A stretch of 64,000 nucleotides of DNA, taken from Mobula hypostoma. Its lineage: Eukaryota. Shown piece after piece: positions 25,403 to 37,677 of this stretch. The stretch lies in contig NC_086097.1 of the NCBI RefSeq assembly GCF_963921235.1, positions 231,200,001 through 231,264,000 of the forward strand. Reading direction: 5' to 3'. Positions within the stretch are counted from its first letter, which is position 1; every line of letters starts with the position of its first letter. A program made the translations under genes and the position numbers. Below the pieces are notes generated by a model that did no database searches, had not been told where the DNA came from, and was given only the letters and a program-made list of their open reading frames with translations.

Positions 25403-27234
25403 GCACCTCTTCCTAGAGATGCTGCCTGGCCTGCTGCATTCACCAGCAACTTTTATGTGTGTTGCTTGAATTTCCAGCATCTGCAGAATTCCTGTTGTTT
25501 GCGTTTTTAAAAACAACTCTTTGCTACTTGTTTAGGTTTGCTTAATGAAAGATGAAAGCATGGTTCAACAGTCCTTATTGCAAAGGGACTAGGAAAAAAA
25601 ATGCAAAGGGAGAGTCAATATTTCAGGTGGTTAAGTAATTTTTCCAAAGGACATTCTGCTCAACATTCTCGCTTATACAACAGATGGGACACCATCAATG
25701 ACAGGACACCACTGTAGTTTTATTACTTTCTTGAAAAAAGCTGTACCTAACATATTTACCACTCACTATATAATTCACAGACATCTTGTCGCAAAAAAAA
25801 ATCTAAGTGATCAGCTGCATAAATCACTAAATACTGTTATCACGGTGGTAAGTAAAATCAACTCCCATGCTCTCAATTCTCAACTATTTCAAGAGCTTTG
25901 TATTGAGAATGATGAAGTTTGAATGCTTGCTGTTGCACACTGAAGTCAGATGGCTCCCAAAATGAAACAGTTTGAGTGGCTTTTCTCCACCTTTTAAAAC
26001 TGTGATAAAATTCTTTGCAGACTCAAATGCTTCATTCAGTAATAACTCAAGAATGTTAGGCATGACATTGCTTATTTGGCAGAATTTTCTGCAAAAGTTT
26101 AATTAAATCAATCATCAATTACATGGAAATTATGTGAATCCTATCAAAGTCAAACCTGTTGTCACCACATTCTGTCCAAGTTAACCCTATTTATGATTAT
26201 GAAGGCACGTAGTCCTCTTTTATTGTCATTTAGTAATGCATGCATTAAGAAATGATACATTACTTCCTCCAGTGTGATATCACAAAACACAGGACAAACC
26301 AAGACAGAAAAAACTGACAAAACCACATAATTATAACATATAGTCACAAACAGTGCAACAATACCATAACTTGATGAAGAAGTCCATGAGCACAGTAAAG
26401 TTCAAAGTTTCCCAAATGTCCCACATTTGCAACATTGGCCGTTGCAACCTTTTCCAATTTCCGAGCCTCTCCATGTTGGACGAGAAAAAAAGATCTTCAA
26501 GTATACTATGCCCACCTGTGTGAGCTGCACAAGGACATGTCAGAGGGGTTTCAGGATCTTCTCCCAATCCAAATTAAGTAATAAATCCATCCTTGAACAT
26601 TTGTAATGAGGAATTAACAGCAAGGATGGAGAAAGAACTGATCTTGCTACAAAATTACTGAGCAGAGGCCAAGGTTAAAAAAAAAATCATATCGTGACTT
26701 TTAGTTGCAGAAAGAAATCTCTGAATGCTATCCTGCACACTGGAGAAGGGTCAAAATGTTCTTTTTTGCCTTTCCAACATCATATTTAGTGGAGCACAGT
26801 TTCAGTGCAACTTCTTTACAAGCAATGAAAAAAATTTGGAATTACTGAATGTGAGGACCCAAGACTCCTTCTAAGAGACACTCAGCCTGATGTTGAGAAG
26901 CTGGTATCACTGCACCAAGTCCATCCGTCTCACTGAGAGGTGAAAAAGCAATGAAGCACTGAATAGTTGGACAACTACTGTATGCTCTAAAATAGATTAT
27001 GAAAAATGCTCTTACTGCAATTAAAAATAATTTTATCTGTAGCTTTAAATAGATTTGAATAACTTTCGCAACTACTTGTCACTGCTTTGAATTTGCAGTT
27101 CCTATTTTCTTTCACTATGCATCGCAAATCAAAATTCTTTATAATTTTATGTAACGGCCAGAAAGGGAAAGGTAGGAATGTAGTCTGGGAGCCAAAGGAG
27201 GCAGTCACTCAAAAAAGTCTGGGAACCACTGCTA

Positions 27235-27685
27235 GTAAAAACTGCTGAGAGGGTCACCGGGGTCTGCCTCCCCCACTTTTTGGGACATTTACCGGAAAGT
27301 GTTGTACACAAAAGGCCCGAAGCATTGTTGAGGATGACTACCACCCATCCCACAATCCCTCTGACCAAATACTATCAGTAAGGAAGTCAGGAGCCACAGG
27401 ACAGGGAACAGCTTCTTCCCTCAAGCTGTAAGACTAATGAATACCCTGCCACCACTGAGGTCTCATCTCTTGGGCAGCGAGCAGTTTGCAAACAGTACAC
27501 CTTACTGTACTGTTTACTTGTGCTGTGTATGCACATTGAATTACATTTTATTAACTTTTTTGTGGCAATATTGTGTTTTATGTGGTGTGTGAGATACATG
27601 TTTTGTTGGTGCACCATGGTCCAGAGGAACTTTTTTTTGGGGTTGGTTGTATACAAGTACAGTCAGGTGACATTAAACTTGAAAA
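27235..27685 (+). mobile_element. Rex1/Babar-type LINE 3' fragment
   Basis: Decayed KTAERVTGVCLP...NSFFPQAVRLMN followed by a TG-rich tail ending ATTAAACTTGAA. Confidence 0.65.
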
Positions 27686-27744
27686 TACTCATTTCAGAAC
27701 TGATTAGAGAGAGAGAGTAACTTAATGCAATAACCCAAGATCGA

Positions 27745-28042
27745 GGGAGAACTTGGTGGCAGGGTGGAGATACATCTCTACCAAAGGAGGTGTAAGGCGC
27801 TCCTTCCCTCTGCTAGTTTGCAGGTCACCCTTGGGCAAGGTGTAGCAACCACCTAGCTCCCCCCCCCACCAAGATCAGAGTCACATGAAGCCACGGAAGC
27901 AGCTGGTGCATACCACAAGACCTGTTTACACGACCACTGATGCCAGGCAGACCTCTGTAGAAAATTTGCCAAGAACAATCATGGTTATGGAAAGACCATG
28001 TTCGCCATGTTATACGACACGGCACGTAATGACAATGATGAG
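27745..28042 (+). mobile_element. Probable RTE-derived non-autonomous retroposon
   Basis: TGTAGAAAATTTGCCAAGAACAATCATGG motif resembling RTE ends; (ATG)-type tail; recognised by resemblance only. Confidence 0.45.
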
Positions 28043-28989
28043 AGGGAGAAGACAAATTTGTAATGTGATTATGACATCTGAAATCAGCAGCTAGTATGCT
28101 AACCTTACACACCAAATGAATGGTGCCATTGCTAATCTCACATTGATCTGCTTATTCCAAACTTGCAATGGCTTTACTATCCTTATCAATGAGCAGTGTG
28201 CTGAGGTCCCTTTCCACAGCAAAGTTATAAAACGCGAGGCAGACGTACTAGTTGGAATCTGTACACTCTTGATAACACATTCAGAAGTGTAAAACACAGC
28301 TTTAAGATATCAATGGGAGGGCTAACTAATACAGTTTTTTGGTGTGATTTAACACACAGTTGCTTTGCATTGGAGCACCACAATGACTAGTTACAGAGGT
28401 TAATCTAATTTTAAACACTTTGGACAGACTCCACACTAGTAGGTATTTTTCATAAAAGAGCCAATTACATACAAATAAGTTTGGAATTGAGTTGACAAAC
28501 GCTGCCAGCACACCGCAAATAAAGTTCAATCACATGACAATACACTGTCTCCATTAAACAGCCGTTCAAAGTCAAATGTATACGGTTTTGTGTTTGCAAG
28601 TGAGTAAACCATATTGATATCTTGTATCCATTAAGTTGTTTCATTTCTGGACAGGGATAAATTGCTACACACCATTTAAACAACAGAGTTCAATCTTAAC
28701 AATGATTTTAATGCAACTTTATACGAGTAAGCCTATTTATCAGGAAATGAGTGTTCGTGAGCTGATTTAAATACAGATGACCACTTTCCTTCCTCAATAT
28801 AGCAATGTTAACTGAATAATCGCCATCAAAAAGAAAAATGTGTTTATTTGAATTGATTGCAAGTTAAACTCTGAGAGTTCGAGTAACTAGTATCTAGTAA
28901 CAGTGAGAGGCTAAGGTTTGTTATCAATATATTTTTATAGAAGAGACAAGCAAGAATCTTCAACATTTTATGTTACTAACAATACATAC

Positions 28990-29106
28990 CTTTAAGTCAC
29001 TGCCAGGCAAGGACCCCACTCCATTCTTCCACTCCATGGCACTGTAAATATCAAAGTCTTGCACATCATTTACGGTGCTCGCTTCTGTTTCTTCCATTCT
29101 TTCCAT
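28990..29106 (-). CDS. L3MBTL3: First coding exon of lethal(3)malignant brain tumor-like protein (L3MBTL3-like); exon probably spans 28990-29171
   Basis: MERMEETEASTVNDVQDFDIYSAMEWKNGVGSLPGSDLK resembles the recalled L3MBTL3 N-terminus (QEFDVFSVMDWKDGVGTLPGSDLK); phase-0 donor AAG|GTATGT after 28990; pyrimidine tract and acceptor AG at 29173-29172. Paralogues L3MBTL1/4 are not excluded. Confidence 0.8.
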
Positions 29107-30619
29107 TTTGATTGGTACAGACTGCCAGCTGCTTTCTTCCAAGACCTTCCTCCCTCCACCAGAATTGTTCACTTAAAGATCATGGAAAAATAAAAAATAA
29201 AGAAGCCATTAGGAGCTATTCAAATCTATTTTCTTCATGGTCACTTCTTCAAAAAATAAAAAAAAGCCTCAATTTTTTCCTTCACATCTTGAGTAATTGT
29301 GTTGCGAGAACAAAAGTATTAGATTGAAAAACATACTGATCAAAATAGATATACTGCAGGAATGATTTTATGCTTTTCTCCCCAAAAACTCAGAAGTTAA
29401 TACAATACAGAAGGCTATTAGGAAAATTTGTAGAAGTTACTTGGTGGCTGAAATTAATATACAAATTCCTAGAGGAGATTTTGCAGATTTTCCTTAGATC
29501 ATATAGTTACACACTTTTGGAAGAAATAATTTATAGCACATTATAAAATAATTGCAGAAAATTTAGCAAATGCCAGTTGGGTCAAACTATTGCCTTCTGC
29601 TATGCAAGTCATAACTGGTCACATACCAAAAATTTGATTGTGAAATATTACACATTGGTGAGGCATAACTTTCACAGTTAATGAAAATCCGAGAAAATGA
29701 CTAAGCTACATATTTTGGCCATATTAATGTTTCAACTTTAACTAAATGAAACTTAAATCAATAAAATCCAAAAAGGGTACTGCTGTTTTAAAAAGCATTG
29801 ACAGATTTCAGGATATTGAAAGGATTGAGGTATATAGGAATATCACAAACAAATGCTGCAAACACTAATCTATTACATTTATGGCCCCCGAGTATAAATG
29901 TGCAAAATTCTACTCTCAAACTATTCATATTGTAAAAAACGTTCCATGTAAAATATTACAGTGAGACTTTATTTAAAACTGGATCTCTTAGGCAGGTACA
30001 CTTTGACACAAAAGGTTATATATGAAGGAAGTAACACCGATCAATAGTGGCAAATCTGCCACCTCAGCCTCACATGCACGACGGTTATTAACACAGCATA
30101 AAGAACAGGGATACTGTACACTGATGGCATCATTTTTTCCCCCAATCCCAGCCAACGTGTTCATTTGCAGACCAATGTATTTCTTGCCCACTGTGATATT
30201 CTCCATTCACTGAGCAAGGTCAACTGACACAAAGAAATATTGATTTATCCCTTTGAAAAACAGTTATAGAACAAAATGAACCATTTGATGCAACAGGTTT
30301 ATGCTTCTCAAAACATAACCCCTGGTTGACCTCCTCTCACCCTATGATTATACTTTTTAGCTTTCCTTATGCAACTCAAATACAGTTACCATGAGCATTT
30401 AACTTACATCTTTGTATTTTTTGGGATACAGTGTGGTAACAGGCCCTTCCAGTCCAACAAGCCCAACTGTTAAGTTTTGTAACTTCAAAACATTAAATTA
30501 ATTCATAGAAACTTACGGGAGTCCAAAAATACAAGTATAACTTATTGTTTACTTTAAGTGAGATGCGCACATTTCAAGTGGTAGCATGATGACATATGTA
30601 ATTAATGTATTTTTACACA

Positions 30620-30763
30620 TTTATTTATTCATTCATGGGACGTGGGTGTCACCAGCCAAGCCAGCATTTATTGCCCATCCCCAGTTGCCCTTGAGAAGGT
30701 GGTGATGAGTTGCCTTCTTGAACCCCTGCAGTCCCTGAGGTGTAGGTACACCCCCAGTGCTGT
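30620..30763 (-). mobile_element. CR1-type 3' end inserted in the LTR
   Basis: Minus strand ends GGGCAATAAATGCTGGC...CCCATGAATGAATAAATAAA. Confidence 0.6.
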
Positions 30764-32953
30764 GACACCCGTAATGAAATAAATGAAAAAGAATGCTTAA
30801 TCAAATATATACACAAAATTACTCAACTATTATTGAAAAATTAAATACACCACACTCTTCCCTGCTTAGCTATAAACTCCAACTCAATAGAGAATGCAGT
30901 ATACTATATAATGCAACTACTATTTGCATACACCCACAGCATAGGAAATTTTAAATTGTCCTGTTCAAGCTTAAACATTTCATCACTGTGGAGGCTTTCT
31001 TACTCTTGTGGGATGAAGTCTTTCCTGGCAAGGAGGGATCACTCTGCTTGGCTCTGCATAAGTCTCAGGTTCCAGGACCTCCTCCATGGTGGTTGTAGGA
31101 GTTAACCACGAGACTGCAGGAAGTGGTTCTTACAGCTCTGCACATCTTTTCTTCTCCTTTCCTCTCTCGGGATCTATTTCAATCTTTCTTTTTCATGTTC
31201 CTTCTCTCTATCACACCATTCCCTTTCCATTTCATGCTCTTTCTCTCCACCTCTTCACCCCCTTTTTCTTCTTCTAGTCTGTGCAACTTGATCTTGGGAA
31301 GGTCCATTTAGGTCACTGGAGTATTCTCTTATTAATCCTTCTGTTGCTCCCATTACGATCTGATCTCTCCTCTCAATTTCTGCATCCACAACATCACTTG
31401 AAAATCCCTGTTTTCTTATCTCCATTGACTCCTTTCTTTTTGGTCTTCCATTCATCCAGCTGGGCTTTCGTCTTTGCATCTACTTTTACAAGCAGCTTTT
31501 TGTCTCCCACTTAAAGCTCATGCAATAACCATAATGCACACAGAGTAGATTCTGGTTCCTTATACTCACAAAAGCCGAATGCTTGCAACTTTCCTGAAGC
31601 TCCTTGAACTCTCTTCCAGCTTAAAACCAACCCACACTTTGCAAGTAACTGCCTGATTAAAATATCCGAACGTTTCTCTGATATGGTGTCCTACAAAAAC
31701 AGTTTTTGTCACTTTCACACTTCCTCTGAGCAATATGGTCCTTCCTTGGTCCAACATGCTTTCCAACCAGAGGCACAGAGAAGTTGGTACCGACGCCTGT
31801 TTGTCCTCTGTTGGCAATGGCTCATGGTATACAGCATGGAGAAAGTTGTGGCATCAGCCAGTACCTTTCTTTCAGTTGACTCTCTTGCAGGGGATGTGGC
31901 ATGCAAATAGTGGATGGATCACCAATCAAGTTGTAGCTGTGTCAGCCACTCATATCCCCACAATGCTGGTCCTCCTGGGTTTACCATATACAAGCTCAAT
32001 GTGGTTTGTTGATTATTGTATTTCGCAGTTACAGACTTCATTCCCACAGGAGTTATCTTTTCTCCAGTACAAGTTCTTAGCTGGATATCTACAAGCTTCA
32101 GTTTGGAAACTTTAAAACGCCGTTCAAACTCATTTTGTGGAACGACTGAAACAGCTGAACCAGTGTCTAATTCCATTTTAATTAATTTGCTGTTCACTTC
32201 TGGCATAAACCATTATGCTAGTCTATTATTAATTTTCACAATGTAAATTTCAAGGCTACACAATCCCGTGGCACTTTCATTATCAGAATTTTTAAATCAA
32301 CAGCACAGAGTCGTGCTCTTTTTGAAACTGCAACTTGACATTTTAGCTTTCTCATCCCTGAGCAGTCCATTTATTCTCATCCACCCGACGTGCTCTTTGT
32401 ATATGACCTACTTTGTTTCATTTTCTGCAAGTTTCACCTTTAAACTTGCTTGGTTTGGTGTATGTGAGCCCCTGCGACAATGGTAACACAATTTATTTAG
32501 GCAGGCAGATTTCTGCTTAGATGCTGCAATACGGCTCACACTCACTCATTCCTGACTGCAACTCAAATGCGTCTCTGTCTGCTGTTTCCCTTGAAACAGC
32601 GATTTCCACTGCTCTTTTTAATGTTAGCTGTGCTTCAGTTAGCAGCCATGTTTGAATGCTTTCGTGTAAGATTCCATAAACTAAACAATCTCTCTGTGCA
32701 TCATTAAACCCATTATTGAACTGACAATGCTCAGACAATCCCTTCAATTCAGCCATACATGCTGAAATGGACTCTCCTTAAATTCCGCTTATGAAACCTA
32801 AAGCATTCTGCAATCAACAATGGCTTGGTTCTCAGTGTTCCTGCATCACTTTGACAATATCACCAAAGTTAATTTCTACAGTTTTGATTGGAGCAGTCAA
32901 ATGTCAAAGCAAAGTATATGCTTTTAAACCTAATGAATTCAGCGAAATTGGTA

Positions 32954-33934
32954 ACACATATCAAAGTTGCTGGTGAACGCAGCAGGCCAAGCAGCATCTG
33001 TAGGAAGAGGTGCAGTCGACGTTTCAGGCCGAGACCCTTCGTCAGGCCTAACTGAAGGAAGAGTGAGTAAGGGATTTGAAAGTTGGAGGGGGAGGGGGGA
33101 GATCCAAAATGATAGGAGAAGACAGGAGGGGGAGGGATGGAGCCGAGAGCTGGACAGGTGATTGGCAAAAGGGGATACGAGAGGATCATGGGACAGGAGG
33201 TCCGGGAAGAAAGACAAGGGGGGGGGGACCCAGAGGATGGGCAAGAGGTATATTCAGAGGGACAGAGGGAGAAAAAGGAGAGTGAGAGAAAGAACGCTCT
33301 GTCCACCAGAGAAAGCAAGATCTCCCAGTGGCCACACATTTTAATTCCACATCCCATTCCCACTCTGACATGTCTATCCACGGCCTCCTCTACTGTAAAG
33401 ATGAAGCCACACTCAGGTTGGAGGAACAACACCTTATATTCCGTCTGGGTAGCCTCCAACCTGATGGCATGAACATCAACTTCTCTAACTTCTGCTAAGG
33501 CCCCACCTCCCCCTCATACCCCATCTGTTACTTATTTTTATGCACACATTCTTTCTCTCTCTCTCTCTCTTCTTTTTCTCCCTCTGTCCCTCTGACTATA
33601 CCCCTTGCCCATCCTCTCGGTTTCTCCCCCCTCTCCCTTTTCCTTCTCTCTGGGCCTCCTGTCCCATGATCCTCTCGTATCCCTTTTGCCTATCACCTGT
33701 CCAGTTCTTGGCTCCATTCCTCTCCCTCCTGTCTTCTCCTATCATTTTGGATCTCCCCCTCCCCCTCCAACTTTCAAATCCCTTACTCACTCTTCCTTCA
33801 GTTAGTCCTGACGAAGGGTCTCGGCCTGAAACGTCGACTGCACCTCTTCCTACAGATGCTGCCTGGCCTGCTGCGTTCACCAGCAACTTTGATGTGTGTT
33901 GCTTGAATTTCCAGCATCTGCAGAATTCCTGTTG
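32954..33934. mobile_element. Penelope (Neptune-type) fold-back: minus arm 32954-33294, plus arm 33295-33934
   Basis: 15-bp TSD TCAGCGAAATTGGTA at 32939-32953 and 33935-33949; hammerhead motifs at 33014-33049 (-) and 33804-33839 (+). Confidence 0.92.
33804..33839 (+). ncRNA. Minimal hammerhead ribozyme motif
   Basis: AGTC-CTGACGA-AGGGTCTCGGCCT-GAAA-CGTC-GACT. Confidence 0.8.
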
Positions 33935-33959
33935 TCAGCGAAATTGGTACTCGCTTTTC

Positions 33960-34097
33960 ATTGGTCCTGATGAAGAGTCTCAGCCTGAAACATCAACTGT
34001 TTACTCTTTTCCACAGATGCTGCCTGGCCTGCTGAGTTCCTCCATCATTTCGTGTATGTTGCTTGGATTTCCAGGCATCTGCTGATTTTCTCATTTG
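33960..34097 (+). mobile_element. Older Penelope pLTR end fragment
   Basis: GTCCTGATGAAGAGTCTCAGCCTGAAACATC followed by the AGATGCTGCCTGGCCTGCTGAGTTCC tail; similar fragment at about 10655-10747 (-). Confidence 0.7.
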
Positions 34098-37000
34098 CCG
34101 TGGCCTCGAAATACTGTTCCAATAGCTCAGTAACATGAGCCAATTATCTGTTGTGTAATCAAACTCAATCTTTCCAATGTAACAGCCTTTTCTGATTTTT
34201 TAAAGATGATTAGTACCACCCAGTAATCACAGTTTATGAACCCTGAACTCCTCAATTTATTGCCTCTAAAAAAAATTCAATTGTGTCTTCCCTTCCAAAG
34301 AACGTGTGCCTTTGCTTTAAACTTGACCGTCCCTCCGCATGCTGGGGTGCCTTTTTACTCACTGATGCTCCTGCTGCGTTTTACTTTATTTTGTATGTCT
34401 TCCTGTGTTTAACAGGTTGGTAGCTGTCTCGGGTTTGTTTTAAAATACCTCATTCCAATATTATGTTTTGTAACTTCAAAACATTGAACTAATTCAGAGA
34501 AACTCATGGCATTCTGAAAACAAGGGTGTAATTTATAGTTTAAGCGAGGCACGCACGTATCATGTAGCAGCGCGATAATGAATGCAATTCACGTATTTTT
34601 ACACAACGCCAACCACTATGGTACCATGCCGCCCGCCCCCCATATCGTTGTAGAGTTCCATCTTCACTTGTATCAACATAGTAAACATATTGAAGGTCAT
34701 CTGGAACAACATACTTCCTCACAACATATCTAATTTATAATATGAACGGGTTAACCAATTATTTAAGCATATTTCTATCGGAACTGGATGGTAGGTGTCT
34801 TATTCTTGCCAGGATTAGGCACCAATAGCAACAGTACTTATGTTAGAACAGATTGCTGTCAAAATAGCTACATTTCAGACAACTTGGAAACAGTTTGCAG
34901 AATCTTTACCAAATCGAGAGCCGTATTTTACAAAAAATAATCCCAGAGTCTTTAGGGAAGGTCCCAGCCATAACAACTAGTTACAGCTTGTGACTTTGAT
35001 GCAAGTACCTTAGAGAACACTATTGAATGCTTAATATGATATTAAGGAATAAGGTAGATCACTAGTTGAGAAAATGGTAGCCAGTGATTATTAAAAATTT
35101 TCTTCCTCACATATTCACTGCAAGATGCCAAATCAAACTAATATTAAATAAAAGTAATTATACTTCAAAGAACATGATTGGTTTATTATAATTTGGGGTG
35201 TCTAGAGTAAATATTATGCAGACTCTCTTTTAAAATAGGACAAAAAGATTTGAGTGCAAGCTTGGCTAGGTCCTTGTAGTTACCATATAAATATATTCAA
35301 TCTTCTTCAAAAGGCAATGATGCAGGGAAAACTGAAGAATTGCAATGAAAGAAAATGAAGCATCCAACAAACACAGGTCTACTTTTAACAGATCCTCAGG
35401 GCTTATTTCCATTCCACAGTTTCAACAACCTGATTACAAAACCGAGTATTATAGTGAAAAACATTTCTACCCCAATTTGACATAATTTAAACCACTTCTT
35501 AGCTTCATATCAAGCTTAAGTCAACTCCAAAGAATAATAGTGCGCTACTGCAGGACAAAACCTAATCCACCAGTGATTTTTGTAAAAAGTGCTTTGTGAT
35601 TCAGAGAACAAAATTATTCATCATTTACCTGACTCAATACTACATAAACCAGCAAATGTGATGCTACTGGAATTCAATATCAGCAAAATTGCAACCAATA
35701 TCATCTGAAATGCTTTCTTTTTTTTAAATACTTTATTTTCAAATTTTTCAGAAAAAAAAGATGAGATCAATAACAACATACCAGCGCAGACATGTATAAA
35801 AAAAAATAAGCAAAAAAAAGACATAACATTAGAGGGATGCCTATCGTACAAAGTGCCCAAAAATACTAAACATTAAATCTCAAATGAGGGCCGTGAGAAA
35901 TCAGCTGGGGGGAAATTGCTCATCCATCCCCGGCCTCGTCCAGGTAGGCAAGAAATGGATCCCAGATAGCCGAAAATTCTTTAATTGAATTGGTTCTCAA
36001 GAACCCAAGTTTCTGCATCTGTATGACTGAGATCATATCAGCCATCCATCTGCGAAAGGAAGAGGGAGAAGGTGATTTCCATTCCCTCAAGTTAAGTCTT
36101 TTGGCAACAATCATCCCCAGCATCAGAGACTGTTGTATGGCTGCAGGGAAACAAATAGTAGATTGCGAGCAGCCAAATATAGCGAGACCAGCTTCCAAGG
36201 GGAAGGATCTTTTATAGGCCTTTGAATAACAGCCAAATATTTTGGACCAAAATCCAGTCAGTAATGGGCAAAACCAAAAGGTGTGTGACAACGTGGTTCC
36301 TGTCCCTTGGCATCTATCACACATTGGCGAGACAGAAGGGTAAGTCCTGGGCAATCTAAGTTTAGAGTAATGGGGACGGTGGACAACTTTAAACTGGATC
36401 ATTTGGTGCCTGCTGTTAACAGAGCAAGCCTGTATTATAGACAAACACTTATCCCAGGCAGCTTCAGACAATTCAATGCCCAACTCCTCTCTCCAGGCAT
36501 CTCTAATCTTCACAGTAGATGCTACAGTGCAATTATCAAACAAACGTACAAACTTAGAAACGAGGTGCCTGGAGTCAGGAGGGTTCTTTAAAATATCAAA
36601 AAACATATGTTCCCCTGGAAGGATTTCAAAATTACAAATCTTAGATTGAATATAGTGTCTAATTTGCAAATAACAAATAAAGTGAGAATGAGCCAGCTCA
36701 AATTTCTCTTTCAGCAGACTAAATGTTGCAAACCATCCCTCTATGTACAGGTCTTCAATAGAAACCAGACCCTTCTCCCTCCAAGCATGGTAGGTTTTAT
36801 CTGACCATGAGGGTAGGAAGGAGTGATTGAAACAGATTGGCATTTGTGCAGAGGATTCCGGTAAATTCAGAACGCTCCTAATCTGATTTAGAATTCTGAC
36901 GGAATTTTTCAAAACAAAACTCAAACTTTTTGAAGTCCCAGGCTTCTCTAACTTGGAGAACAGCATGGCTGGCAAGGAGGAATTGACAACAGAGTTAGAC

Positions 37001-37677
37001 TCCATACATAGCCACAAGGGAGCCCCAGGAGCTAGGTTATTCAGAACCCCCTGTTGCCAAAACATTAAAGCCCTAGCATTGACAGCCCAATAATAGTGTC
37101 TAAATACAGGTAATCCCAGCCCTCCTTCAGACTTGGGCTTTTGTAAATAAATTTTCGAAATCCTGTGATTCTTATAATTCCAGATATAAGACAATATTAT
37201 GGAGTCCAACTCTTTAAGGAAAGCTGATGTAAGAAAAATGGGGGATTTTGACAAAGATAGAGAAACCTAGGAAGGAAAACCATTTTAACTGAATTTATAT
37301 GACCAATCATGGACAGAGGTAGGGTTTTCCAACTTTCTATGTTCTGTTTAAGTTTTTAAATATACTCCACGAAGTTTAATTTGAATATTAATTTAGGATC
37401 TTTGGGGATTGTTAAACCGAGGTAAGTAAAGTGATCTTTAACTACTTTGAACGGGACACTTTCCAAAAAACCCCACGTGTAGTCGTTGGAGAGGGGCACA
37501 AAGTCACTTTTTGTCCAATTGATCGAGTATCCCGATAGTCCGCCAAAAGAGGTGATTAAATCTAGAAGAGGGACTGACTTTTGTGAGCTTTGTAAGTAGA
37601 GTATCACATCGTCAGCATATAAACTAATTAGTGTTTCAATACCTCCCACTTTCAAACCCAGAATATTTGGGTGACTT

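Larger units (their letters stand above)
23954..25511. mobile_element. Penelope (Neptune-type) fold-back: minus arm 23954-24644, filler, plus arm from 24663
   Basis: Both arms encode the GIY-YIG C-terminus (ORFs 24340-24687 on minus, 24741-25067 on plus); 16-bp TSD AACAACTCTTTGCTAC at 23938-23953 and 25512-25527. Confidence 0.93.
23660..27231 (+). mobile_element. Decayed hAT (Charlie/Buster-like) transposon
   Basis: Remnants KKCRQYSVE, LILPAVREVLSTVL, LDEST, TDG, HYIIHR, HTEVRWL; right TIR GTCTGGGAACCACTG ends at 27231; left end not identified. Confidence 0.75.
30468..34605 (-). mobile_element. Decayed, internally deleted Gypsy element
   Basis: Direct repeats starting TTTTGTAACTTCAAAACATT at about 30475 and 34466; gag remnant 32517-32756 (AELKGLSEHCQF); protease 31919-32206 (MELDTGSAVS); no intact RT or integrase. 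Confidence 0.8.

Noticed and set aside
34540..34722. Protein-like short ORF (KYVVPDDLQYVYYVDTSEDG)
   Set aside because: No recognisable family; it runs into a SINE head (about 34606-34640) and an LTR
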